Counted from the stretch's first letter, positions 17,590-27,374 are shown. The stretch: DNA of 64,000 nt from an uncultured Gammaproteobacteria bacterium (GCA_963748215.1 CAVVHS010000009.1:64001-128000); one strand, 5' to 3'. A program made the numbers and translations. Notes: generated by a model not told the origin, from the sequence alone.

Positions 17590-19935
17590 ATGAAGCTGCG
17601 CACCCAGATATCCCTCTACCTGTTCCTGTTCGGGCTGATCCCGTTGCTGGTGGCATTCGTGATCAACGTGCCGCTGATCTTCGATCGCATCGAGGCACTT
17701 TATCACAAGGCGCACCTGCAGAATCTGCGCGCTGAATTCAGCGATCTCGACCAGCACCTGGCCCGCCGTCACGAAATGGTCCGCCTGCTGGCGAAGATGC
17801 CGGAGCCGGGTATGCTGCTGTCAAGTGACGTGCGGCAAACGACGCAGGAACTGAATACCGCGCGTAAGGGCTATATCAACTGGGTGAACCAGGTACTGAT
17901 TGACCAGTTCGACGTATCCCAGGTCCTGTTTCTCGACGAGGCGGACAAGCCCATCTTCTGGCTGGATCGCAACCTCAAGAGCGGGCGGCTGGAGAGCAGG
18001 ACCGGCGATTATCCCGCAGTGAACAACCGGATGCTGGTGGCCGGCCGCGAAGTAGCGCCAGGCGTGGTGCTGAATGGCCCGATCATCTTCAACCGCACCG
18101 CGGGCCCGGTACTGCCGGAACGTTTCATGCAAATGAGCCTGGTCAGTCCTGTGGTCATACCGTTGCTGTCCGACGATGCCGGCACGCTTGAAGAGCAGCG
18201 CGGGACGGTCGTCGTCTATATCGATCTTGGTGGCCTCGCGAGCGCCTACCGCGGCAACTACTGGGTGCTGAGTGACGGGCAATACCTGCCGTCGCCCAAT
18301 GGGGAAAACCGGCCGACCACGGCGTTCGAGGATTTCCCGGGATTGCAGGCGCTGTTCGACAAGGACGAACTCGCGCTGTGGGAGTTCGGCAACCAGCAGG
18401 TGCTCTGGGTGCCGCTGTTCGAGACCGAGGACGCCGGCACCCTGTGGGTCGGGCGCAGCGTCGATCCCTCGCCGCTGGCAAAATTGCAACGTGCCGTCGA
18501 ACTGCGCATCGCCTATATCGCCATCGGACTGCTGATCGTGGTATTCATCGTCGCGCGCCTGATCGCGGTCAAGACAGAGCGCCTGGGCCGTGAACTGACC
18601 GACGGCATATCGCGCGTACTCGAGCGCAACGAGGAAGTCGGGTTTTCCTGGCGCCAGCCGCAGGAGCTGAACGAACTGGGCAACAACCTGACGCAGCTCG
18701 CCTCCACGCACGCGGCGAACACCCGCGCGATGGACAGTTATGCGCGGGAACTGGAGGAGTCGAACCGCTACAAGTCCGAATTTCTTGCCAATGTCAGTCA
18801 CGAGTTGCGCACGCCGCTGAATTCAATCCTGCTGCTGTCCAAGATGCTGGCCGAAGGCGACGTGCGTCAGCAGCTCACCGCCGAGCAGGTGCACCAGGCA
18901 AGGGTCATTCACAATGCCGGCACGGACCTGAAGGCGCTGATCGACAACATCCTCGACCTGTCGCGTATCGAGGCGCGTCACATGACGCTGATTACCGAGC
19001 CGGTCAGCCTGCGGTCGGTTATCGACAGCGTGCTCGAGCTGATGAAACCGCAGCTGGACGAAAAGCGTCTCCAGCTGGTCACGGAGTTTGATGCGCAGGC
19101 ACCCGCCTCGATAAACACCGATGGTGAAAAGCTGCGCCAGATCCTGATCAATTTTCTGTCCAACGCCGTGAAATTCACCGCGCAGGGCACGGTTACGGTG
19201 CGCCTGGCGCAGGGTCCGGAACACGACGGGGTGCGCTACCCGGTCTGTATCAGCGTTACCGATACCGGCATCGGGATCGCCGCAGACAAGCTGGAGCTGG
19301 TATTCGAGGCCTTCAGGCAGGCCGACGGCTCGACCAGCCGGCGCTTCGGCGGCACCGGCCTGGGTCTGGCTATCAGCCGCGAACTGGCCTGGCTGATGGG
19401 TGGCGACATCCTCGTGGAAAGTACGCCCGGCAGCGGTACCACTTTCAGTCTGCTGTTGCCGCTCGAGTTGCCGGCAACGCCGCGGCTGTCCAGTCAGGGG
19501 AAAATGGCCGGCAACAGTGACTCAAGGGAGTCTGTGCAGTCGATTCCCCCGGCCGATTACGGCGGTGCCCGCATCCTGCTGGTTGACGATGATGTACGCA
19601 ATCTGCTGGCGCTGACGCCGGTACTGGAACGATGGGGGCTGGAGGTGATGGCGGCAGGTGATGGCCCCGAGGCGCTGGAAACGCTGGCGACGGACGGAGA
19701 ATTCAGCCTGGTCTTTATGGATATAATGATGCCGGGTATGGATGGGTACGAAACCATCAGGCGGATCAGGCAGCAGGAGCGGTTTGCGGATATACCGGTG
19801 ATCGCGCTGACAGCCAGGTCCACTAAAGAGGACGGGCACCAGTGCCAGGAGGCGGGCGCAAGTGACTGCATCGTCAAGCCGGTCGATCTGAAAATCCTGA
19901 AGAACATGCTGGACAAGTACCTGCCCGGCGGCTGA
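17590..19935 (+). CDS. Hybrid sensor histidine kinase (2 TM, HisKA, HATPase, REC)
   Basis: FLANVSHELRTPLN, NFLSNAVKFT, DTGIG, GGTGLGL, LLVDDD...MDIMMP...KP. Confidence 0.95.
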   Translation: MKLRTQISLYLFLFGLIPLLVAFVINVPLIFDRIEALYHKAHLQNLRAEFSDLDQHLARRHEMVRLLAKMPEPGMLLSSDVRQTTQELNTARKGYINWVNQVLIDQFDVSQVLFLDEADKPIFWLDRNLKSGRLESRTGDYPAVNNRMLVAGREVAPGVVLNGPIIFNRTAGPVLPERFMQMSLVSPVVIPLLSDDAGTLEEQRGTVVVYIDLGGLASAYRGNYWVLSDGQYLPSPNGENRPTTAFEDFPGLQALFDKDELALWEFGNQQVLWVPLFETEDAGTLWVGRSVDPSPLAKLQRAVELRIAYIAIGLLIVVFIVARLIAVKTERLGRELTDGISRVLERNEEVGFSWRQPQELNELGNNLTQLASTHAANTRAMDSYARELEESNRYKSEFLANVSHELRTPLNSILLLSKMLAEGDVRQQLTAEQVHQARVIHNAGTDLKALIDNILDLSRIEARHMTLITEPVSLRSVIDSVLELMKPQLDEKRLQLVTEFDAQAPASINTDGEKLRQILINFLSNAVKFTAQGTVTVRLAQGPEHDGVRYPVCISVTDTGIGIAADKLELVFEAFRQADGSTSRRFGGTGLGLAISRELAWLMGGDILVESTPGSGTTFSLLLPLELPATPRLSSQGKMAGNSDSRESVQSIPPADYGGARILLVDDDVRNLLALTPVLERWGLEVMAAGDGPEALETLATDGEFSLVFMDIMMPGMDGYETIRRIRQQERFADIPVIALTARSTKEDGHQCQEAGASDCIVKPVDLKILKNMLDKYLPGG

Positions 19936-19959
19936 ACGAATATTACTGCGAGGAAACGG

Positions 19960-20811
19960 ATGACAGACAGGAACCGTTATGCTGACTTCAGGATTCTGAT
20001 TGTCGATGACAATGAGAACAACCTGTTTGCGCTGCGTTCCCTGATAGCCAGGCACATGGACGTCGAGGTGCTCGAGGCGGGCTCCGGGCAGGCAGCGCTC
20101 GATATCGCGCTCAGCAACCCGCGCATCGACCTCATCGTGCTCGATGTGCAGATGCCGGAAATGGACGGCTTCCAGACTGCGTCCATGCTGAAGGTACGGC
20201 AGAAGACGCGTGATATCCCGATCATCTTTCTCACTGCAGCCTACAAGACAGACGAGTTCCAGCAGAAGGGCTACGATGTCGGCGCCGCCGACTACCTGCT
20301 CAAGCCGATCGATGATAACCAGCTGATCAACAAGATCAGCACCTATCTGCGCCTGATCGAGAAAGAGCGGGAGCTCAACACCCGGCTGGAAGCGCTCGTG
20401 GCGGAGCGCACCCGCGAACTCGATCTCGCCAAGACCTATCTCGAGAAAATTATCAGCAACATGGGTGAGGCCCTGCTGGTGCTGGAGCCGGGCGGACACA
20501 TTACCGCCGTCAATCCAACTGCCTGCCGGCTGCTGGGCTACCCGGAGGAAGACCTGATCGGCATGTCTATCGGCGACGTTTTCGAGGAGGAGGAAACCGA
20601 GCAGGCCAATGCCTTCATGGGTACCTGGCTGGAGGCGCTGATCCGTACCGGCACCATCAGCAGTATCGAGGCAAGCTTCGTGGCCAGTGACCAGAGGCGC
20701 GTGCCGATCCTGTTCTCGAGAACTGCAATCAAGGACGATTCAGGTAAAATTACCGACATCATCTGCATTGCAAAAGACATGACGGGGTATACTCGCGCCG
20801 CGAGCAGCTGA
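19960..20811 (+). CDS. Response regulator, REC plus PAS, no output domain
   Basis: ILIVDDN...LDVQMPEMDG...KP; MGEALLVL...AVNPTACRLLGY...KDMT PAS end then stop. Confidence 0.88.
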   Translation: MTDRNRYADFRILIVDDNENNLFALRSLIARHMDVEVLEAGSGQAALDIALSNPRIDLIVLDVQMPEMDGFQTASMLKVRQKTRDIPIIFLTAAYKTDEFQQKGYDVGAADYLLKPIDDNQLINKISTYLRLIEKERELNTRLEALVAERTRELDLAKTYLEKIISNMGEALLVLEPGGHITAVNPTACRLLGYPEEDLIGMSIGDVFEEEETEQANAFMGTWLEALIRTGTISSIEASFVASDQRRVPILFSRTAIKDDSGKITDIICIAKDMTGYTRAASS

Positions 20812-20899
20812 AGAAGACATTGACGGGATTTGACCGGATGCGGCTTGCAACCGGTCCCGCAGCGCGTACACTTTGCAGCCTGTATTACAGGAGTTTTCG

Positions 20900-21229
20900 A
20901 TGGAAGAGTCTGAAAATAAGTTGCCGGAAGAGGATATCGTGCTGACGGCCGAGGCCCTCAAGGCAATGGGCCACCCCCTGCGCTGGAAGATTCTGTGTAC
21001 GCTGGGTAACAAGGAAATGTCAGTAGGCGAAATTGTGGAGAAAATCGGTACCTCGCAAAGCAACGTTTCGCAGCACCTGGATCAGCTGCGCAACAAGAAC
21101 ATCGTCCGTTCGCGGCGTGACGCCAACCGCATCTATTATTCGGTCAGTAACGAGAAACTGCTGGATCTGATCAGCACCATGCGTGGTGTATTGTGCCAGA
21201 CGAATCTGACTGATACCCCGCCGGCGTAG
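20900..21229 (+). CDS. ArsR/SmtB regulator, SqrR/BigR-like two-Cys type
   Basis: LKAMGHPLRWKILC...SVGEI...SQSNVSQHL...RIYYS...LC; RBS AGGAG. Confidence 0.85.
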   Translation: MEESENKLPEEDIVLTAEALKAMGHPLRWKILCTLGNKEMSVGEIVEKIGTSQSNVSQHLDQLRNKNIVRSRRDANRIYYSVSNEKLLDLISTMRGVLCQTNLTDTPPA

Positions 21230-21350
21230 CGCCTGGCACCACGATCGATGGCCCGACCGGCCTGCGTGATAAATACCGACAACAGGTCATTGCAACAGAC
21301 GGCCGCGATGCCGTGGTCTCAATGTAAACCTGTCAAATTCCGGATGGCAT

Positions 21351-21387
21351 AAAAAAACGGGGGTGGCTCTTGCGAGCCACCCCCGTT
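21351..21387 (-). terminator. Rho-independent terminator of sulfur globule gene
   Basis: AACGGGGGTGGCTC-TTGC-GAGCCACCCCCGTT stem with A7 on the left (U7 on the minus strand). Confidence 0.85.
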
Positions 21388-21413
21388 CTGCTTTGCTGGT
21401 CTGTCAGACCGAC

Positions 21414-21758
21414 TTACTTGGCAGCCGGAGCAGCAGCCGGGGCAACCGGAGCGACCGGGGCGTAACCATAAGGCGCGCCACCGTAAGGGGCACCGCCGTA
21501 AGGGGCGCCGTAAGGGGCATATCCGTAAGGGCCGTAACCGCTGTTGTAGCTATTGTAGCCGCGGCCATAACCACGACCACTGCCGTGACCGCTGAAGTTC
21601 ATGTTGAAGCCGCCGTCGAAGTCGCCGTCGCCCCAACCGTCACCGTAGCCGTCGTTGTAGCCGTTGTTGCCGAAAGGACCCCAACCACCCCATGCAGAAG
21701 CGGCGGTGGAAGCGATTGCCAGCGTAGCGGCAGTAATCACGGTTGCGATAGTTTTCAT
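21414..21758 (-). CDS. Sulfur globule envelope protein (SgpA/SgpB, CV1/CV2-like)
   Basis: Signal peptide ending ASA|W; [24 protein letters not shown]; GAPYG repeats; Pro/Ala tail; RBS AGGAGA. Confidence 0.85.
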   Translation of the reverse strand: MKTIATVITAATLAIASTAASAWGGWGPFGNNGYNDGYGDGWGDGDFDGGFNMNFSGHGSGRGYGRGYNSYNSGYGPYGYAPYGAPYGGAPYGGAPYGYAPVAPVAPAAAPAAK

Positions 21759-21826
21759 ATTGTTTCTCCTGGAAAAATTCTCATTAAAGTGTGTTGAAAG
21801 ATTGTTTGTCTGCGAGGACGGAGAAG

Positions 21827-21855
21827 ATAATATAAGCATATGCTTAAATAAGCAA
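21827..21855 (-). promoter_or_regulatory. Putative sigma70 promoter of sgp with palindromic operator in spacer
   Basis: Minus strand TTGCTT-N17-TATTAT; perfect palindrome TAAGCATATGCTTA at 21833-21846. Confidence 0.6.
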
Positions 21856-22090
21856 GCACTAATTTAAATGAAATTTGAAATTCCCGAGGGAAACCGACTA
21901 ATTATTCGCATTAACAACGACATATATAATTTGTTACTGACGGACCACCATAAAAAAGACTGATTTTTGACGCAAAAGCAGGTATTTTCAGAATGGATGA
22001 AGACAAAAATCAGCCGGCAGCACTGCCCTTGGGCTGGCGAGGTATTCGGAAGAGGCGTCGCCCGGACTGATGCGGGCGCATATCAGAGAC

Positions 22091-22510
22091 ATGGATAACA
22101 AGTCACGTTTGTTGCTTTCGATCATCGAACTGGGGGGCTATCCGAATTTCACGCCACTGTATGAGTCGCTCGGCTACAGGGTGGTTACGGAGACACGCAT
22201 GCGCAAGGCAATCGGCTTCCTGAAGCAGCATACGCCCGATGTCATCGTGGCCGAGTTCAACTTTCAGTCGGATTTTCGCGATCGTTCCAGCAGTCTCGAG
22301 TCGCTGCTCGCCGTCGTCCAGCGCCTGTCCGATACGCAGGTGATCGTATTTTACGAACAGGAGTTTGCGCTGCAATTTGCAAAGCTGTGCGCACGCTTGC
22401 CGGTCCATTTCGGGCTTGCTTTTCCTGTCGAGGAGGCGCAGTTGCGCAGCGTGCTTGAAGGGATTGGGGGAGGGGCTGGCGATATCGGGTCGCGGGCCGG
22501 ACAGCATTGA
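22091..22510 (+). CDS. Hypothetical protein, receiver-like alpha/beta pattern
   Basis: LLSIIELGGYP...PDVIVAEF...VIVFY...FPV; coding-like composition. Confidence 0.65.
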   Translation: MDNKSRLLLSIIELGGYPNFTPLYESLGYRVVTETRMRKAIGFLKQHTPDVIVAEFNFQSDFRDRSSSLESLLAVVQRLSDTQVIVFYEQEFALQFAKLCARLPVHFGLAFPVEEAQLRSVLEGIGGGAGDIGSRAGQH

Positions 22511-22597
22511 TTGTGATTGCAGGCCGTGTTTCACGGCGCCGGGTATGATATTGATATTAAATTAATTCGAAACAGACCAGTTTCCAGGAGAGTACCA

Positions 22598-23287
22598 GTG
22601 ATTAAACAACCATTAATGAACAGAATATCGGGTTTGCTCGCTGTCAGCGCGCTGCTGTTCATGTCAGCCGGGTTGTCCGCCGCTGACCTGCGGGTACGTG
22701 TGTTTGAGCGGGGCGCCAACGTGCCATTGCCTGGTGTTGCGGTATGCCTGGGTACCAGCGCGAGGCTGGACCAGTTCGGTGCAACCAGGACCGATGCCAA
22801 GGGCTATGCTGTGTTCGAATCCGTGCCTGGCGCCCGCTTGATGGTAACGGCGTCGATGGCGGGATTCATGTCAGAGCAGGAAACGCTGGTTACCTCCAGC
22901 ACCAGCAGGATGCTCGTACTGTCATTGTCGGCTGGCGGTGGCGGAACGCGTTGCATACCCGACGATGCGGAAACCAGCCAGTCCATGGCGGGTTTGCAGA
23001 TCATTCGCTTTGTCCTCAATAAGGGGGCGGCTGTTGCGACCAGCCGTGGCGTGACGCTCGATGGTGCTGTTTCCGGTGCGCCGACCCAGTACCGGGCGAG
23101 CGAGCAGGCGGATTTCGGCGATGCCGAATGGCTGGATTACAAGGCTTCACCCGGTTTCATGCTCAGCTCCGGCGAGGGTAAGAAGACTGTTTATTACCAG
23201 GTGCGCAGGCACTCGACACTGGGCGGCGCAGTCCTGGAGACCGTATCACCGACATCGATCGACAGCATCATTCTTCAGGGTCACTGA
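22598..23287 (+). CDS. Exported protein with carboxypeptidase-regulatory-like domain
   Basis: RBS AGGAGA before GTG; signal peptide; PLPGVAVCL...TDAKGYAVFESVP; C-terminal LSSGEGKKTVYYQVR. Confidence 0.7.
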   Translation: MIKQPLMNRISGLLAVSALLFMSAGLSAADLRVRVFERGANVPLPGVAVCLGTSARLDQFGATRTDAKGYAVFESVPGARLMVTASMAGFMSEQETLVTSSTSRMLVLSLSAGGGGTRCIPDDAETSQSMAGLQIIRFVLNKGAAVATSRGVTLDGAVSGAPTQYRASEQADFGDAEWLDYKASPGFMLSSGEGKKTVYYQVRRHSTLGGAVLETVSPTSIDSIILQGH

Positions 23288-23320
23288 ATCGGCGGCCGCT
23301 TGCGGCCGGGCGGAAACCTG

Positions 23321-23788
23321 TCAGTTATCCTCGTGCCTGTGCGGGTGTTTTTTCCGGCCCTCGAATTTCACGATGCCCTGCACGATGACGTCGAAGGGCA
23401 GATCCTCGAGGCTACCATGGCGCTGCAAGGCGTTATCGATGGTGGTGATGATGTCATCGACACCGGCCTGATCCTTTTTTTCGGGATAAACAAGCCCCTG
23501 CAAGCCGAGCAAGCCGCCGGTCTGAACCCGGATCTCCTTGGCGTGCGGTAGCGGACCCTGGACAGTCGTCAGGTGCAGGGCAAACCGTGCATTATTGCGC
23601 ATGAGCTGCAGCAGTACCGAGCACAGTGCATTGCCCGCAGCGGATTTGCAGGCGATGCCTTCGCGATCTGCAAGATGAAAGCGGTGAGACTTGCTGCAAG
23701 TGCAGCGCCGTGAGTTGATGGATTTTTCGAACACGCAGCGTCGTTCATTGACGGTGTTGTAGGTATCCTTGTATTCCTTTTCTTCCAT
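23321..23788 (-). CDS. Cys-rich hypothetical protein
   Basis: CVFEK...CTC...REGIAC...C; first of four co-oriented small ORFs. Confidence 0.7.
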   Translation of the reverse strand: MEEKEYKDTYNTVNERRCVFEKSINSRRCTCSKSHRFHLADREGIACKSAAGNALCSVLLQLMRNNARFALHLTTVQGPLPHAKEIRVQTGGLLGLQGLVYPEKKDQAGVDDIITTIDNALQRHGSLEDLPFDVIVQGIVKFEGRKKHPHRHEDN

Positions 23789-23809
23789 ACCGCGAGACTC
23801 GTTGTGCGA

Positions 23810-24049
23810 CTATTTTTCCCATTCCCTGGCGATGGGTTCATCCCTGTGTTCAATCAGACTCTTTTCCGCTTCGGGCTGGTCGGCGGCAAAGATGATCTTG
23901 TAGATCTGGTTGTCTGCCAGGGGAGCTTCCGCACGTAGTCGCTTCACTTCTGTTTTGGCAGTTTTGAAACTGTCGTATTCGCTGACATGCTCGAGTGATT
24001 TTGAATTATTCGATTCCTGGGTAGTGACGATGTAAATGTAGTAAGGCAT
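23810..24049 (-). CDS. Small hypothetical protein
   Basis: 79-aa ORF MPYYIY...EWEK with RBS GGGAG. Confidence 0.65.
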   Translation of the reverse strand: MPYYIYIVTTQESNNSKSLEHVSEYDSFKTAKTEVKRLRAEAPLADNQIYKIIFAADQPEAEKSLIEHRDEPIAREWEK

Positions 24050-24107
24050 GTGCGGCTCCCTGAACGGTATATTGCCACCGGATTATAGCAGTACGTGTCG
24101 GGCGGTA

Positions 24108-24485
24108 TTATTCCTGCCCGGCACCGAATTCGTGCCGGCCGGTATGCAGTCGCTTGTATTGTCTTACCATGATGATGGTTTTCATCAGGGCGGGCATGTC
24201 GATATTCTTCAGTCCCAGGCCGATGACGATCCGGCGCCGGATGTCGCCTGTCCTGGCGATATCGATAAATTGCCGTTGCACCGCTGGTTTGTTTTCCTGT
24301 GCCTGGCGTGCGTTGTAGCAGGTCAGGGTCATGACAGTAGCATCCCATATTACCTCTGCACTCTTAAACGTTCCCAGGAAGCGAATCCTTGCGCAATCGT
24401 TCGAAGGTGTGTTGCTGTAGATGAAATCCTGACCGCTGTGGGCGAGCGCGGACCTGAATTCCGCGATCGTGACCGGTTCATGCAT
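24108..24485 (-). CDS. Hypothetical protein
   Basis: 125-aa ORF overlapping the upstream ORF stop; IRFLGTF..VIWDA...KTIIMVRQYKRL. Confidence 0.6.
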   Translation of the reverse strand: MHEPVTIAEFRSALAHSGQDFIYSNTPSNDCARIRFLGTFKSAEVIWDATVMTLTCYNARQAQENKPAVQRQFIDIARTGDIRRRIVIGLGLKNIDMPALMKTIIMVRQYKRLHTGRHEFGAGQE

Positions 24486-24774
24486 CGAGCAACACCGCTA
24501 CAACCCGGACATTTCTCATGATGATACAACCGGTACGCCGGTCGATACCGTTGTCGCTGTAGTCAAAGGTATAGGTACGTTGCAGGACAGGCCCCTCGCT
24601 GCGAGACCAGGCCGGTCTGAGAGACTGCAGTGCTGCGGTACCATCCAGGAACTGTACGTCCTGTTTTCGGCAGGTGTCTATGGCGGTAGCTATCGCCTTG
24701 TCACGGCTGCTTTGGCTGATGTGCCAGAGCCAGACTAATGCGAGCAAGGCCAGGATTACGCTCAGGGTGTACAT
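24478..24774 (-). CDS. DUF3301-like membrane protein
   Basis: N-terminal TM, C....VQFLD.T, RTYTFDYS..G..R..G. Confidence 0.7.
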   Translation of the reverse strand: MYTLSVILALLALVWLWHISQSSRDKAIATAIDTCRKQDVQFLDGTAALQSLRPAWSRSEGPVLQRTYTFDYSDNGIDRRTGCIIMRNVRVVAVLLDA

Positions 24775-24913
24775 GGCAAACCGGGCATGGAGGATGCAAC
24801 GAGAATACAGTGTTGTCCGGAGGAAGAACAGCGAGCCTGCGCGCCGTTCGACGCCGGTACGCAGGGAAACGTTGCAATGCGTGCCGTCCGCGGTCTTGCG
24901 GGCAATCGCGGGT

Positions 24914-25645
24914 TCAGGCCCTGACCGAAAGGAACGTGCCGGAGCGCTCGTGAAAGCGCAAGGTCAGAAACTCCACGCCTGCTATAAACAGTTCGCCGGT
25001 CATGCCGCGGTTGCAGAATGTTACGCGGCCGGTTGCCGTCAGCGCCGCGCAGCTGATGCGGATTACCTGGTTTTCGTGCAGCGGCAGGATGCTTTGCAGC
25101 TGCATGCCGTTCGGGGACAGGTCGCGAACCATGCCGGGCTGGCCATCTCCTTCGGTTGTCAGGTGGATGGTTACGGCCTCGCGGTGACAGATGCGCTCGA
25201 TGGCGCGCTTTGAAGTATCGGCAAGTCGCAAGGCATTGGCGACTTCCAGCGGGGCGTTGCAGCCCGCGCAATTTCCAGGGCCGGCATAGCTGGATGCGGC
25301 GGGTTTTGGCGTCCTGCAGAACGGGCAGCAGGATGGATCTGCCACGAAGTGGCTGTCGAACGGATGGCCGGCAGCAGCTGCGGGTTCGCTCCCGTGGCGG
25401 GGTTTCGCGGATTTCCTGATTTTGCCGCGATCACCGGAATATTCCCTGTCGTAGGCGCGGCGCCTGCCCGGATCGGAGAGCACCTGGTAGGCCTCGTTAA
25501 GCAGACTGGCGTTCCACTCGTCACCGCCCAGGTCAGGATGCATCCTGAGTTTTTGCATCTGGGTGCGGTAGCTGGCCTTGATAATGGCCACCGGCGCATC
25601 CGGCTGGATATGCAGAATGCGATAGTAGTTGCGGCGATTTTCCAT
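24914..25645 (-). CDS. DnaJ domain plus Zn-ribbon plus PilZ domain protein
   Basis: NYYRIL...HPD...NEAYQVLSDP J-domain; CPFC...CAGC; RAIER (RxxxR) and DLSPNG (DxSxxG). Confidence 0.85.
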   Translation of the reverse strand: MENRRNYYRILHIQPDAPVAIIKASYRTQMQKLRMHPDLGGDEWNASLLNEAYQVLSDPGRRRAYDREYSGDRGKIRKSAKPRHGSEPAAAAGHPFDSHFVADPSCCPFCRTPKPAASSYAGPGNCAGCNAPLEVANALRLADTSKRAIERICHREAVTIHLTTEGDGQPGMVRDLSPNGMQLQSILPLHENQVIRISCAALTATGRVTFCNRGMTGELFIAGVEFLTLRFHERSGTFLSVRA

Positions 25646-25942
25646 AGGCTGCTGATCCTCTCCGGCAATCGGTACCGGGGCTGTCCGACAACTATCGTGC
25701 GCCTGCGAACTTTATTGAACCGGGGCTGGCTGCCCGACGCGGGTCAGCGGCGAATTGTGGCCGCCAAAAAATTGGCCTATATTTTGCGCAGTGAGCGTGT
25801 TTTGTGTCAGGCGACGTGCAACGGAAGTTGTTGGCATGTCTGGCTGATCTCATGTAACCATATGTAATACATATTAAATAATACTGACTGGTACCGACGC
25901 ACGGACCGTGCCAGGTATTCTGGCGGACATGACGTAATTGAC

Positions 25943-25969
25943 TAAAGAATCCCCGTCTCGTGACGTTAA
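25943..25969 (+). promoter_or_regulatory. sigma28 promoter of fliC
   Basis: TAAA-N15-GACGTTAA upstream of flagellin. Confidence 0.7.
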
Positions 25970-26081
25970 ACCAGTCGGAGGCGGTGAATATCACACGGTA
26001 GTGATATATCCGCCAAATACAAACTGGGTCCAGGGAAGGGCACCAAAACCAGTTCTTGCCTGGACAATAAGGAGATTCACC

Positions 26082-26891
26082 ATGGCACTTTCCGTCAATA
26101 CCAACGTCATGTCGCTGTCTGCGCAGCGCAACCTGTCGCGCACCCAGACCGGTCTGGCGACTTCTATCGAACGGCTGTCCTCCGGTCTGCGTGTCAACAG
26201 CGCCAAGGATGACGCTGCCGGTCTGGCTATTGCCACCCGTATCGATGCCCAGGTGCGTGGCCTGAACGTGGCCGTGCGCAACGCAGGTGATGCGATTTCC
26301 CTGGCCCAGACGGCTGAAGGCGGTCTTAGCGAAATCACCAACATGCTGCAGCGCATGCGTGAGCTGTCAGTGCAGTCGGCCAACTCCACCAACAGCACGA
26401 GTGACCGCGCCAATCTGGATGCTGAATACCAGGCGCTGAACACGGAAATCACCCGCCAGGTCGGTGCGACCAGCTTCAACGGTATCGCCATCATCGGTAC
26501 CGGTGCCGGTGCCCAGGACTTCCAGGTTGGCGCCAATGCCAATGAGACCATCACGGTGACCACGGCTGACATGTCTGCGGCCGCTGCCGGTGGTGACATC
26601 ACGACTGCCGCCAATGCCACTACGGCGCTTGGTGCGATCGACACGGCGATGGACCTGGTGACCACCAACCGCGCGTTGTACGGTGCGACCCAGAACCGCT
26701 TCCAGTCGGTTATCAATAACCTGCAGGTGGCAGCCGAGAACCAGTCCGCGGCGAAGAGCCGCATCATGGACGCCGATTTTGCGATGGAAACGGCGAACCT
26801 GACGCGACTGCAGATTCTGCAGCAGGCCGGTACGGCGATGGTGGCCCAGGCCAACCAGGTGCCGCAGACAGTTCTCTCGCTGTTGCAGTAA
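26082..26891 (+). CDS. fliC: Flagellin (269 aa)
   Basis: MALSVNTNVMSL..QRNL...ERLSSGLRVNSAKDDAAGL; SRIMDADFA...LQQAG...VLSLLQ; RBS AAGGAG. Confidence 0.98.
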   Translation: MALSVNTNVMSLSAQRNLSRTQTGLATSIERLSSGLRVNSAKDDAAGLAIATRIDAQVRGLNVAVRNAGDAISLAQTAEGGLSEITNMLQRMRELSVQSANSTNSTSDRANLDAEYQALNTEITRQVGATSFNGIAIIGTGAGAQDFQVGANANETITVTTADMSAAAAGGDITTAANATTALGAIDTAMDLVTTNRALYGATQNRFQSVINNLQVAAENQSAAKSRIMDADFAMETANLTRLQILQQAGTAMVAQANQVPQTVLSLLQ

Positions 26892-26900
26892 CGGGGTTAA

Positions 26901-26943
26901 GGGAGCTGCCGGGAAGGGACGCCCGGCAGCCCCCACCTTTTTA
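26901..26943 (+). terminator. Hairpin/terminator after fliC
   Basis: GCTGCCGGG...CCCGGCAGC stem followed by TTTTTAT. Confidence 0.6.
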
Positions 26944-26958
26944 TAGCAGGTGATTGAT

Positions 26959-27336
26959 ATGAATGATCCTATTTCACGGCTGATGCCGCATGTAGACACA
27001 GGTGTTGCTTCCCGTTCATTCAATGCCCCCCTGCAACCGGTACAGATAACTGCCGTCAGCAAGACGGAAGGCAACGGCACCCGGGAGGCGGGCGCGGACA
27101 ACGATGGCAAGTTGCAGGAGCGGCTTGCGAAAGTGGCCGAGCACCTGAACGGCCGCATGCAGGAGTTGCAGCGCAGCCTGCGATTCAGCGTGGACGATGA
27201 CAGCGGGCGCGTCGTCGTAAAGGTTATGGATAAAAACACGGACGAGGTGATCAGGCAGATACCGTCCGAGCAAATGCTCGCCATGATGAAACACATCAAT
27301 GATGTCGATGGCCTGATTTTCGATGACAGGGCCTGA
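26959..27336 (+). CDS. flaG: Flagellar protein FlaG
   Basis: LRFSVDDDSGRVVVKVMD..TDEVIRQIPSE. Confidence 0.92.
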   Translation: MNDPISRLMPHVDTGVASRSFNAPLQPVQITAVSKTEGNGTREAGADNDGKLQERLAKVAEHLNGRMQELQRSLRFSVDDDSGRVVVKVMDKNTDEVIRQIPSEQMLAMMKHINDVDGLIFDDRA

Positions 27337-27374
27337 CCGCAAGCGCGGCTATACACTTACGTGAGACACGAATC

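Noticed and set aside
25690-25715. sigma28 promoter for the DnaJ-PilZ gene
   Set aside because: TAAAGTT and CACGATAG boxes are spaced about 11 bp apart instead of 15.
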